Made by a program: the position numbers and the translations under genes. Shown here piece after piece: positions 30,718 to 40,757 of a stretch of 64,000 nt of DNA. Source of the DNA: an uncultured Veillonellaceae bacterium (GTDB taxonomy: Bacteria > Bacillota > Negativicutes > JARBTT01); assembly GCA_963805085.1 (NCBI GenBank), contig CAWDTA010000002.1, positions 1,472,001 to 1,536,000 of the forward strand, read 5' to 3'. A model generated the notes under the pieces. The model worked only from the letters and a program-made list of their open reading frames with translations. It made no database searches and was not told the origin of the DNA. Positions within the stretch are counted from its first letter, which is position 1; every line of letters begins with the position of its first letter.

Positions 30718-31860
30718 ATGGGACACATTGCTAACGCCAAAGAAGAGGTCTACATGGCACTGGCTGAACGCTTGAGTAAAAATCCAATGGTAACGTCCGT
30801 AACCGAAGAGATGATTGCAATACTCTACCGGATTTATACCGAAAACGAGGCTATGGTGGGCAGCCGATTTCCTATAGCACCAATGATGTTGGATAAGATT
30901 GCCGAAATAACCAATATGAAAGAAGACGAGCTAAAAAGAATATTGGATGGAATGGCCGATAAAGGATTAGTGCTAGACCTACCCCGCAGGGAAGGTACTT
31001 ACTATCTGCTGGCTCCATCAGTATTTGCTTTCTTCGGGTTTGCTTTCGCACGAGTTGGGGATGGGAGAAACGTGAAGAAAATAACAGAACTCTTCATAAA
31101 AAATATGCAAAATCCTGAAGTGATTAAAGATTTCATGATGGATACTAAGACATTTAAGACATTGGTGTACGAAAAGGTTATACCATATGCAGTGGAAACA
31201 GAGGTTATGCCTTATGAAAGAGCTTCTGACATTATTCGTCAGTCAGGGGGAGGGGCGATTAGCCTTTGTGCGTGTATGCATAGGGCTAGTCACTTGGGTA
31301 AGTCATGTAAAATAAATGCACCCATGGAGAAGTGTATGAGTTTAGGCGAATTTGGGCAATGGTGTGCGCGACGAGGGGGTGGTAAGCCGGCTACTGTGGC
31401 CGAAATGTTACGGTTGTTGGATCAAACTGAAAAATTGGGTTTAGTTCACCAAGTCGACAATGTACTTAATCAACCAGTGTTCATGTGTCACTGTTGTAGC
31501 TGCTGTTGTGAAGTTCTTGATGCATCCAGGCAATCTGGAGTATTAGGTACACACCCCAGCAATTTCATTCCGTCTATTGATCTGAATCGTTGCAAAGGAT
31601 GTGGTGAATGCACTAAAAAATGCCCTATGAATGCCATTAGTATGAGCAGCGTGGGCAACGGGAAAGAAGCACCGGAGCTTAATAAGCAAATGTGCATCGG
31701 TTGTGGTCTATGCGCCACTGCCTGCCCTAATAGTGCCCGGACCATGTTACGCCGATCAGTTTTACATATTTCTCCGGAAACAAAAACAGAACAATTACTT
31801 CGTATTGCTAGAGAAAAGGGTAAAGACATAAAATTGACCTCAGACGATTTTCTCTTTTAG
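30718..31860 (+). CDS. 4Fe-4S ferredoxin-domain protein
   Basis: CKGCGECTKKCP and CIGCGLCATACP; Cys-rich CHCCSCCC. Confidence 0.9.
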   Translation: MGHIANAKEEVYMALAERLSKNPMVTSVTEEMIAILYRIYTENEAMVGSRFPIAPMMLDKIAEITNMKEDELKRILDGMADKGLVLDLPRREGTYYLLAPSVFAFFGFAFARVGDGRNVKKITELFIKNMQNPEVIKDFMMDTKTFKTLVYEKVIPYAVETEVMPYERASDIIRQSGGGAISLCACMHRASHLGKSCKINAPMEKCMSLGEFGQWCARRGGGKPATVAEMLRLLDQTEKLGLVHQVDNVLNQPVFMCHCCSCCCEVLDASRQSGVLGTHPSNFIPSIDLNRCKGCGECTKKCPMNAISMSSVGNGKEAPELNKQMCIGCGLCATACPNSARTMLRRSVLHISPETKTEQLLRIAREKGKDIKLTSDDFLF

Positions 31861-32058
31861 TAATAAGTTAGAATCCTTAACCCACAGGTCTCTTCCTTAA
31901 AGAAAGTTGCACTGAAATCACAAGATGTCAAGTGGAAGTAACCACTATTATTGGGATTGACAAATTATTCAAGTAGGAATAGTATGAAACAGTAAATTAA
32001 TTACAATTAAACCAGTGGGAATACTAAGAATTAAGTCTGCAATATTCCTGAAGGTATA

Positions 32059-33303
32059 GTGTTTATAGGGAGGATGATCGTTTTGAAAGGAATGCTTATA
32101 GAAAATCAGGAGGCAGTTGTTCAGGAGAACTTATGGTCGACAGCTTTTGTTTTTACCATAATGGTGAATTTTCTTGCCTATCTGGGGAATTTTATGTTAC
32201 TGTCAACTTTACCTTTACATGTTTTAAACATTGGGGAAAACAAAATAATGGCGGGGCTAGTATCCGGTATTTATTATTTAACCGGTTTCATAGCTCGTCC
32301 AAAGATTGGAGGTCTGCTAGATCAAAAAGGAAGAAAGTCAATTATGCTTACGAGTCTGACTGTGCTGCTGCTGGCAACGCTCTCTTACAATGCGGTGGCA
32401 TATTCAGTTATTATGTTGCTAATACTGAGAGCGATACACGGAATAAGCTGGAGTGCAACTACCACGTCAGTCAGCACCATAGCCTCCGATCTGATTCCAG
32501 CCAGCCGCAGAACTGAAGGAATGGGCTTTTTTGGAATATCAAACTCAGTTGCTATAGCTCTCGGTCCTGGCTTAGGATTATACGTATTGGAGCATTATAA
32601 TTATATATTACTTTTTCTTCTTTCAGCTTTCTTCATTGTATTAGCATTACTTACCGGTTTCTGGCAAAGGCGCTACCTTAATCAAATAAGTACAGAGCCT
32701 CCACTTATTAAAAAAATTGAACATAAAGCAGGGCAAAAAAACAAGATATTGGTTTTTGAGAAAACAGCGATGTGGCCATCTTTTTTATTTTTTATCGTTA
32801 TGATGACTTACTCTACCATAGGAGTCTTCTTACCTGCATATGCGAATGAGAAAGGTATAGAAAATATTGGGATATTTTTTATAATTAGTTCACTGGCTAC
32901 AATATTTGTCAGGCTAACATTTGGTCGATTTGCTGACCGACATGGAGGCTCCAAAATAGTGGTTTCCGGCATGCTTTTATTAGCAATTGCCCTGAAGCTG
33001 TTGTCTGTAGCTCCTTCGTTGCCAATATTCCTTATCGTTGCTGTAATTTATGGCATTGGTTTCGGTGTAGTTCAGCCAACCCTAAATGCATTAGTTATAT
33101 CTTTTGCACCTGCGGAAAGACGAGGAATGGCTAATGCAACATATCTATGTGCAATGGACTTAGGAATAATGGTTGGCTCTGTTCTTTGGGGCAGTGTGGC
33201 ACAAGTGTTTGGATTTATTTACATATACAACATTTCAACTATTCTCATTATTTTATCTCTTATAATGTATTTAGTAGCTTTCAGAGGTAGCTCAAACGAA
33301 TAG
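32059..33303 (+). CDS. MFS transporter (likely product export)
   Basis: About 12 hydrophobic segments; GGLLDQKGRK and GRFADRHG MFS motifs. Confidence 0.92.
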   Translation: MFIGRMIVLKGMLIENQEAVVQENLWSTAFVFTIMVNFLAYLGNFMLLSTLPLHVLNIGENKIMAGLVSGIYYLTGFIARPKIGGLLDQKGRKSIMLTSLTVLLLATLSYNAVAYSVIMLLILRAIHGISWSATTTSVSTIASDLIPASRRTEGMGFFGISNSVAIALGPGLGLYVLEHYNYILLFLLSAFFIVLALLTGFWQRRYLNQISTEPPLIKKIEHKAGQKNKILVFEKTAMWPSFLFFIVMMTYSTIGVFLPAYANEKGIENIGIFFIISSLATIFVRLTFGRFADRHGGSKIVVSGMLLLAIALKLLSVAPSLPIFLIVAVIYGIGFGVVQPTLNALVISFAPAERRGMANATYLCAMDLGIMVGSVLWGSVAQVFGFIYIYNISTILIILSLIMYLVAFRGSSNE

Positions 33304-33427
33304 TAAACCATTGTTTACAGACTATTTGTTAAGCATCATTAAGAATCGCAGGATTATCACCCTAGAAAATTACAATTTATCATTTGCGTAAGAGCCGCAA
33401 GTGGGCCAACAAAAATGGCTTTATATA

Positions 33428-33476
33428 ATAATGTTAGTCATGATATGATGCAGTATCATATCATGACTAACATTAT
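33428..33476. repeat. 22-bp perfect inverted repeat
   Basis: ataatgttagtcatgatatgat-gcagt-atcatatcatgactaacattat. Confidence 0.85.
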
Positions 33477-33585
33477 AATTATGAAGAACATTCATTTTTG
33501 CGATTTTATTAGGTTTACCACGCTAGGATGAGCAGAATTATTTATGATAGGCTGAATGACTTTTTTAAACAAAGTATGGAGGTAA

Positions 33586-36459
33586 TTGTTAATCATGTCT
33601 AGACAAAATTTAAAGGATCTAGTAGCACTATTAACAGAAGAACAACAACAATCTTTATACGAAGCAGTTACTCAAACGAGGACTGAGAAGTTAGAATCTG
33701 AGGAGACAAAAAAGATTCAACAGTGTGATATTGCTATTATTGGGTTGAATGGACGGTATCCACAGGCAGATAATCACTATGAGTTTTGGCTGAAACTTAA
33801 ACAAGGAACAAAATTTATCAAGAAAACTCTGGAGCACCAATGCTATTGTGATGAACACCATGATTCTTCAACTAGTGATTCTTTATATCTTCATAAAAAG
33901 TGCTATAAATTAGGCACTTTTTTAAAAGCGCATGATACATTTGATGCATCTTTTTTTGATTTACCTTCTGATGAAATATCTATTATGGATCCTCGAGAGT
34001 GTCTTGCGTTAGAAACAGTGTGGTCTTGTATTGAAGATGCAGGTTATACTTTTGAAGAATTAGGCAATTCAGTAGGAATATTTAATGGGATAACACCTAG
34101 TAAATATCAAATTAAAAACCATTCCCATATATTAAATGATAGGATAGCCGATTTTTTTAATTTTCAAGGTCCAGCTTTAATTGTAAATGCGGGTGCTTGT
34201 TCTTCTTTATCGGCGATTCACTTGGCAGGCCAAAGCTTAATGCGAAAAGAATGCCAAGCGGCATTAGTTATTGGAGCAAATATTCTTGATCCGAACCTAT
34301 GCACTGATCCTTTTGATATAGACGATGACCGGGTGTTAGCTGAAGGAGTTGTATCCATTTTACTGAAACCACTACAACAGGCTTTACTAGACAAAGATCA
34401 TATTTATGCAATTGTTAATTCATGTAATATTTGTCATGAAAAAAATACGTCAAAGTTTATGGTCTCCAATCCAAAACAACAAGCTAAACTTATTCAAGCT
34501 AATTTTGAAAAAGCAGGAATACATCCAGCGACCATAAGTTGTATGGAAGCGGCGGCCAGTGGAACATCTGTAGGTGATGTTGCTGAAATTGAAGGTTTAA
34601 TATTAGCGTTTAATCAGTTCATTAATGAAAAGCAATTTTGTCCGATTGGGTCAGTACAATCTATTATTGGACATGGTCAAGCCGTATCTACATTACTACA
34701 ATTAACAAAAGTATTGCTGCAGTTTAAATCGAAAAGTTTTATTCCGTTAATTAATTTACCAGAAATAGAACCAAATATAAATATAAAAGACTCCCCGTTC
34801 TACTTTCAAACATCAACAACAGAATGGATACCGCCTGTTCTAACGGTTAATAATAAACAGTTTTCAATGCCGCGTCGGGCAATGATATCATCCCTTGATA
34901 ACAGCGGTAACAATGGGCATCTTATTTTGGAAGAACATATTGTAGAGAATACCGAGGAACAAAAATTAGATTCTTATTTTATTCCATTATCGTCCGAAAC
35001 AAACTATCAGCTTCGGCAAACTATCGAAAACTATATTGAATTCATTGAAAGGTATCAAAATCTTGATGCACAATGGGATACTAATTATACTTTGTCCAAT
35101 ATAATGTTTACACTTTGCGTTGGTAGAGTAGTGTTTTCTGAACGAGTAGTATTTATAACTGATAATCTTAAAACATTAGTTAAACAATTTCGACAATTTT
35201 TAAACAGTGAAATATCTGCCGATATTATTTCAACTGCTAATGTGGATGCTAATACGATGACTGAAAACTGTGAGGAGGCTCAGGTTCAAAGCTATTTGAA
35301 CAATCATTCATGGCATAAATTAGCAAAATTATGGGTACAAGGCTCAAATATTTCTTGGAAAACGTTTTTTCATTCATATAATGTTTATCGTATATCCTTA
35401 CCAACATATTGTTTTCAAAAACAACTTTACCCTGTTCCTAAAGCAATGTATTCTGCAAAGGAAGAAAAATATATAGCCAATAAGGAAAATAGCAATAAAT
35501 CTTACACAGAGAAGAGAATTAATTTAGAACCAGATATAAATAGAAACAACTGGTCTCAGTTCCCTGAGCTGATACACCTTAATCAGGTTTCTCAAGGACG
35601 ACCTGTATTTTGGCTTCATGGAGGGGGCGGTGGAGTTGAAGGATATCAAAGTATTGCCCAGAAAAGTCAGCGCCCTTTCTATGGTATACAAGCACGAGGG
35701 TGGATGAACGGTGGTTCTCCTTTAGATGGAATTCAATCAATGGCTTCTTATTACGTTCATATAATTCAATCAGTACAATCAGAGGGACCATATGATTTAG
35801 GCGGTTTTTCTCTGGGGGGAGCTCTAGCATATGAAATTACACGCCAAATGCAAGAGTTGGGACAAAATGTCAATACGATTATTATGCTGGATTCACCAGA
35901 TAGTATTGGCATGAGGAAAGTAAATTCATCTCCTAAAAATTTGATTTTACAAGCAGTTAACATGGAGCTTATGCCTATGATCCGGCAAGAACCGGAAAAA
36001 GCGGCACAAATAATAATCCATCAAGAGGAAGTGGATTTGAATGCAGATGATGAAGTTTTTTTGCAGCAAGTAGTTATACTTGCCAAAGCACGTGGATTAA
36101 CCAAAACGGAAGCTCTATTGCGCGAGCGGATTCAAAATAATGTAAAAGTTCAGCAGGCATATAAACTCAATCACTTTAGCATTTTACCGTTAACCTACCC
36201 TCAAACAGTAACTTGCTATTATTTTCGCAATAAGAACGGAGTCTTCTTTGGTGAATTTGTAGCAAATGCAAAAGACAAAATTTTACTTGATCATACAAAA
36301 TATTGGGGGGAATGGGAACAACAACTTCCCAATTTTCACATAATAGATGTAGATTCTTCTAGTCACATGATGTTGTTGCTTGATCCTAAAACTTGTAATA
36401 AAATCTCCACATTCTGCAAAAAACTTTATTCGTTAGATGAGATGGTAATTATTCAGTAA
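33586..36459 (+). CDS. Non-elongating KS0 - thioesterase
   Basis: KS keeps ACSS but HGTGT is replaced by AASGT; TE FPELIHLN...GFSLGG...SSHMM. Confidence 0.88.
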   Translation: MLIMSRQNLKDLVALLTEEQQQSLYEAVTQTRTEKLESEETKKIQQCDIAIIGLNGRYPQADNHYEFWLKLKQGTKFIKKTLEHQCYCDEHHDSSTSDSLYLHKKCYKLGTFLKAHDTFDASFFDLPSDEISIMDPRECLALETVWSCIEDAGYTFEELGNSVGIFNGITPSKYQIKNHSHILNDRIADFFNFQGPALIVNAGACSSLSAIHLAGQSLMRKECQAALVIGANILDPNLCTDPFDIDDDRVLAEGVVSILLKPLQQALLDKDHIYAIVNSCNICHEKNTSKFMVSNPKQQAKLIQANFEKAGIHPATISCMEAAASGTSVGDVAEIEGLILAFNQFINEKQFCPIGSVQSIIGHGQAVSTLLQLTKVLLQFKSKSFIPLINLPEIEPNINIKDSPFYFQTSTTEWIPPVLTVNNKQFSMPRRAMISSLDNSGNNGHLILEEHIVENTEEQKLDSYFIPLSSETNYQLRQTIENYIEFIERYQNLDAQWDTNYTLSNIMFTLCVGRVVFSERVVFITDNLKTLVKQFRQFLNSEISADIISTANVDANTMTENCEEAQVQSYLNNHSWHKLAKLWVQGSNISWKTFFHSYNVYRISLPTYCFQKQLYPVPKAMYSAKEEKYIANKENSNKSYTEKRINLEPDINRNNWSQFPELIHLNQVSQGRPVFWLHGGGGGVEGYQSIAQKSQRPFYGIQARGWMNGGSPLDGIQSMASYYVHIIQSVQSEGPYDLGGFSLGGALAYEITRQMQELGQNVNTIIMLDSPDSIGMRKVNSSPKNLILQAVNMELMPMIRQEPEKAAQIIIHQEEVDLNADDEVFLQQVVILAKARGLTKTEALLRERIQNNVKVQQAYKLNHFSILPLTYPQTVTCYYFRNKNGVFFGEFVANAKDKILLDHTKYWGEWEQQLPNFHIIDVDSSSHMMLLLDPKTCNKISTFCKKLYSLDEMVIIQ

Positions 36460-36477
36460 TGCTCTTTTGAATACCAC

Positions 36478-36590
36478 GTGTCCAGCGAAGCTGGACTATG
36501 CTTGTGGATGAAAGTCCTATCCCGGTAACTTACTTAACCGACTGGGTAGAAACTCTGGGTGCATCGTCAAAATGCGGGGTGCTAAGAGGG
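36478..36590 (+). ncRNA. Degenerate group II intron 5' fragment (domain I)
   Basis: gtgtccagcgaagctggac hairpin followed by ggatgaaagtcct..cccggtaac..ccgactgggtag, resembling bacterial group II intron 5' ends; no RT gene. Confidence 0.4.
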
Positions 36591-36689
36591 AGGATAAAGT
36601 ACCTGCCTAAAAAGCAAAAATCTTCTTCATTTCCATTTAAAAATGGGTACACGAATCCTACCCAGTTCTAAAATCTGTTTTTTAATTGT

Positions 36690-37770
36690 CAAAGAACAAA
36701 ATTATATCTATTCTAACTTTGGTATCAGTCACTCAATATTCGTAAACGTTTCATAAAATTCATGAATATACGGACAGTTACTACAAAGCTTAAAAGTAAT
36801 GCTTCTAGCCGACTTTACTAGTTTTCCTGCAATCTTCAAGAGCTTTAGCCGAATCGTATCTGCACGAAACTTTTTCATTTTTTCAGGCAGACATAACCGA
36901 CGAAACTAGTTGAAAAGATTGTATGCCAACATACAAAACTGTAAGCGATTCGAATTAACAAGCATAGAATGGCTACTCATCACACTAAAACCAAATTCAT
37001 TTTTGGATTCCTTAATGAAATTTTCCATTCGTCCGCGATTGCGGTAAAACTTTACTATTTCCTGTGGTGACAGTGCCATATTAGCCACGATGAATGTATG
37101 GCGAAAAGTTATTCAGGACGTTTCTCTATTTTGCAGATAACGCGTCTGGAGTAATCCCAACTTCCTGCCTGATATGAAAATTCGCCATAAAGAGCTATAA
37201 ATCTATCGGGATGAAGAGCTGCCTTTGCAGTTACTTCTTCTTCCAAATAGAACGCCTTTTCTTGAAGTAAGTGATTACCTTTGAGCCGTATTGCATAAGA
37301 AAAGCCATTGGATTCCGCTTGTGTGTAAAGTTCTGGCGTAGCAAAACCGCTGTCTCCACGGAGAAACAGCTGAACCTCTGGATATTGGCTAAGATATTCA
37401 TCAAGAAGCGGTTGCAAAAAATTCTGTACACCCGTTGAAGAATAGGTACTACCCTTGCGAAGCTCGATTTTTAACAGATCACCTGTAAAGCCATCATAAC
37501 AAACTAGTGGATGATAGCCATGAGCCGAGTAATGATAGTTAAAAGCTTCGCCTTCCTGCATTTCGTAGGTTAGAAGAAGTGTTGAATCCAAATCCAAAAG
37601 AATACTTGGAGGCTGGGCAATAGAATAAATTCGTTTGCGTAAATCACATGTAATTTCATGAAGTTGCTCCAGTGTTATTTCGTCCAAACGAGATCCAAAG
37701 CGTGAAATAGTAGGCTGAGAAGCAAGTCGACTTTTACCAAGACAAGTTGTGAAAACAGGATCACTAGAAA
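36690..37770 (-). pseudogene. IS1380-family transposase, frameshifted and truncated
   Basis: LDLDST, HGYHPL, RGDSGF, YAIRLK, YRNRGRMENFIKE split across ORFs 37109-37687 and 36906-37088. Confidence 0.88.
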
Positions 37771-37771
37771 G

Positions 37772-38093
37772 TGTAGTGCTTCAAAAATTCGGACACTGTC
37801 CCTATAGAGAAAATAACATTTTTTAAAAATGTTGCCTCCTATAACTAACCGGCGTCATCCCCTTTAACCGAGCTTGAAAACGTTCATTATTGTAATAATA
37901 TAAATACTCTTCTACGATTTCTTTAACATCTTCATATGAATTTATTGCTTTTTTACGAATATGTAAACACTCACATTTAAAATGACTAAAGAAATTTTCG
38001 GCTAAGGCATTATCCCAACAGTTCCCCTTTCGTGACATACTTGGGATGATGCCTTTATCTATTAACATTAACTGATAGGCTTTATTTGAATAA
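37772..38093 (-). mobile_element. IS3-family 3' fragment with terminal IR
   Basis: SMSRKGNCWDNALAENFF..K.E; end reads tgtagtgcttcaaaaattcggaca. Confidence 0.85.
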
Positions 38094-38137
38094 TCGACTA
38101 AAGAAAAGGGAGCAATCCCTTTTCTTTAGTCGATTAT
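38090..38137. repeat. 22-bp perfect palindrome with GCAA loop, probably fused group II intron domain VI ends
   Basis: ataatcgactaaagaaaaggga-gcaa-tcccttttctttagtcgattat. Confidence 0.7.
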
Positions 38138-38481
38138 ACGAATCGGACATTCCACGGAATGATTGTAAAAGCTGGTATGACACAGAGCATGTCTAGAGTA
38201 GGAAAATGTATCGATAACGGTCCAATGGAAGGCTTTTGGGGGATTTTGAAACGGGAACGATATTATGGCAAACGCTTCATGGATAGAGATTCTTTGATTG
38301 ATATGATTAAGTGTTACATGATTTATTACAATACGAAACGAGTACAACGCAATCTTGGTGTTTTGACACCGTACGAAAAACATGAGATGTATTTAGCCGC
38401 ATAAAAAACTGCCAGCAACCCATTTTACAAAGTTACTGGCAGAGAAAATATTTTTTCTTATTTCATTGTCTACTTGACGGG

Positions 38482-40081
38482 CAATGTCATTAAGTTAAGT
38501 AATTAAGAGCAGGTTAATGTATCAAAAAATGGTGAACGCTATGATAAGTGTTCACCATTTTTATGATTTAAACATACCAAAAGCAGATGACGTTATAAGC
38601 CATCTGTACAACATGCAGATATGAAGAGTTGTTGTTAAGAAATTCTATATGCAAACCCGACAGCCTTTTTAATATTTTGATATCTTTCAAATACTCTGCC
38701 AGGACGTATTGGAGACATAAATTTTTGCACAATTTTCAAAAGACTTCTTTCAGAAATTTTGCCTTTAAAATACTGATAACAAAAATGTATCGCTCTAGCG
38801 AAATTGATTCTTTTATCTTTTGGATGTTCTACTTGATAAGATATTAAAGCTGGAAAATTGTACATAATTAACTTTGAAAAAATTTCTTGAAGTACAAAAT
38901 CTTGCTTTTTACTATGAATGCTGGCTAATCCAACATCATATTTTAATTCTTTGAATGAAGTTTCGATACCCCATCGCATTTTATATAGTTCTTTCAAAAC
39001 TTCAGCAGGAAATTCATTCGCAGGTAAATTTGTGAATAACGTTTCATAAGTGGTATCTGAAATTTTAAATCGAACAATTCTAAATTTCAAATCATACATC
39101 TCATTTTCTCTAGACAGTAAGTAATCAAACGTTGTATGAGGTTGAATCCAACGATATCTATCAGGATTTTCTTTAATCAATGCTATTGTATCTTTCGTTT
39201 TTCTCCGAGTAAGGGTGATGGTGGTTTCTTTATCGAATTCATCACTATCAGGATTTTCATATTTAATACCGTAGGATTCTTTCGAACGTATAATATAATT
39301 CCAATTCTTTTCTTGAAAATGAGCAATATTATTAAAAGATTCGTATCCTCTATCAGCTATAACAATAACACTTCCAGTTGCTTCAGATTTTTCAATCATT
39401 GATACCAGAGCCTTATGTTCATTCATACCTTTTTTACTTTGTATTGAAGCGTCAACATAATTATGTCGCATCAAATCATACATAGCATCAAGATGAAGAA
39501 GATTATATCCTTTAGTATTATCATCATTTTTGATATGAGAATTATCGTCATTTTTATTTTTAGGTAATCTTATATCAGACCCATCTACAGCAAGAAGACG
39601 ATATCCTTTAAATAAAATCCGCTCGTCACATTGTTTAACCATTTCTCTAAAAATATATTCCATAGCTTTAGATGAAATTTTATTCCTTTGTTGAACAAAG
39701 GCAGAAACAGATGCGGTATCTTCTGCATAATTGAACCAATCATATATTTCTTTACATAAGCTATTTCCGCCCATGCCAATCATCATTTTAATAATTGTTT
39801 CAAATGATAGTTTTCGATTCCTTGTAAAGTCCTTTGATGGATTTTGCAAAAAATCAGATGGATCATCTGATATAGTACTTATTATGTGTGAAAGTATTTC
39901 TTTTACTTCAGTTGGTTTCATATGTGTTCCTCCCTAGAAACTTTATATTTCAAGGGCGGAGCCGCAAATTTTCGACTATTTGTCAAGTGTTTTTTTATAT
40001 GACTAGCAAATATAAAAATAGAATGTTTACATCTACTTTTATCGATGTAAACATTCTATTTTGCTTAACTTAATGACATTG
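38482..40081 (-). mobile_element. Complete IS4-family element
   Basis: 18-bp IR caatgtcattaagttaag/cttaacttaatgacattg; 10-bp TSD acttgacggg at 38472-38481 and 40082-40091. Confidence 0.92.
38635..39921 (-). CDS. IS4-family DDE transposase
   Basis: LAVDGS, IADRGY, YKMRWGIETSFKELK (YREK). Confidence 0.93.
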   Translation of the reverse strand: MKPTEVKEILSHIISTISDDPSDFLQNPSKDFTRNRKLSFETIIKMMIGMGGNSLCKEIYDWFNYAEDTASVSAFVQQRNKISSKAMEYIFREMVKQCDERILFKGYRLLAVDGSDIRLPKNKNDDNSHIKNDDNTKGYNLLHLDAMYDLMRHNYVDASIQSKKGMNEHKALVSMIEKSEATGSVIVIADRGYESFNNIAHFQEKNWNYIIRSKESYGIKYENPDSDEFDKETTITLTRRKTKDTIALIKENPDRYRWIQPHTTFDYLLSRENEMYDLKFRIVRFKISDTTYETLFTNLPANEFPAEVLKELYKMRWGIETSFKELKYDVGLASIHSKKQDFVLQEIFSKLIMYNFPALISYQVEHPKDKRINFARAIHFCYQYFKGKISERSLLKIVQKFMSPIRPGRVFERYQNIKKAVGFAYRIS

Positions 40082-40101
40082 ACTTGACGGGTAGCATATC
40101 A

Positions 40102-40423
40102 ATTGAAACCTTTTTTCGCCAAACCAAAGGAAATCTTGGATTAAATCAGTATCAAATGCGTAGTATTACTGCTATTAAGCGTTTTTGGGCACTTACAACA
40201 TTAACTTATTTATTTTGTACCATTGGTACGTCAAAGATAACATCACTTGCGTCAGGAATGTCAAGTATTCGCAAGCAAGTGAAGTCAAATTTATATACTT
40301 GGATATTTAGCCAAGCCAAAGCGGGAGTTTCATTATCTCATATTTTAGATAGGCTAAAATGTGCATAAGTGAGCTATATCTTGCCTGCTGTAAATATTTG
40401 TTAGTATTTATACTCATTTATAG
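40102..40423 (+). pseudogene. IS701-like transposase 3' fragment and end
   Basis: IETFFRQTKGNLGLNQYQMRS; end tactcatttatag. Confidence 0.7.
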
Positions 40424-40520
40424 GTATAAAATTAAAAAAACCATGTTAAATTATGTATAACTTGGCAGGAATTTTAATTTTTGACTAGAATATGTAGGAC
40501 AGAAGGGACGTCAGACTGTC
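40424..40520 (+). repeat. Dispersed repeat copy G (diverged)
   Basis: aaattatgtataacttggcaggaattttaatttttgactagaatatgt keeps GCAGGA-17-GAAT. Confidence 0.75.
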
Positions 40521-40540
40521 ATAGATGGTCAATAGAAATA

Positions 40541-40744
40541 ATGGATTTGCTGTGGTTTATATTCGCTTTACTTTTTGTGAAAATTTTTATGGGAAAAGCT
40601 TTTTTCTTCATTCCTTTTCTTATGATCGTTATAGGAAGTGGAGTAACACATTTATTATATAAGGCTTGTCCTCGGTGTCGAACTATAACATGCAAGAGGT
40701 CACACGATTTCTGCCATAACTGCGGTCAAAAATTCAAGTCATAA
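40541..40744 (+). CDS. Small membrane protein with C-terminal zinc ribbon
   Basis: Two hydrophobic segments then CPRC...CHNC. Confidence 0.6.
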   Translation: MDLLWFIFALLFVKIFMGKAFFFIPFLMIVIGSGVTHLLYKACPRCRTITCKRSHDFCHNCGQKFKS

Positions 40745-40757
40745 AGGCGGAATAATT

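Larger units (their letters stand above)
38135..40101 (+). mobile_element. Second IS3-family 3' fragment, right IR interrupted by IS4
   Basis: SMSRVGKCIDNGPMEGFWGILKRE; reconstructed IR tgtctacttgacgggtagcatatca. Confidence 0.8.

Noticed and set aside
9703-35963. Numerous 60-125 aa ORFs overlapping PKS and transporter genes
   Set aside because: Shadow frames of long, well-supported genes, with no motifs.
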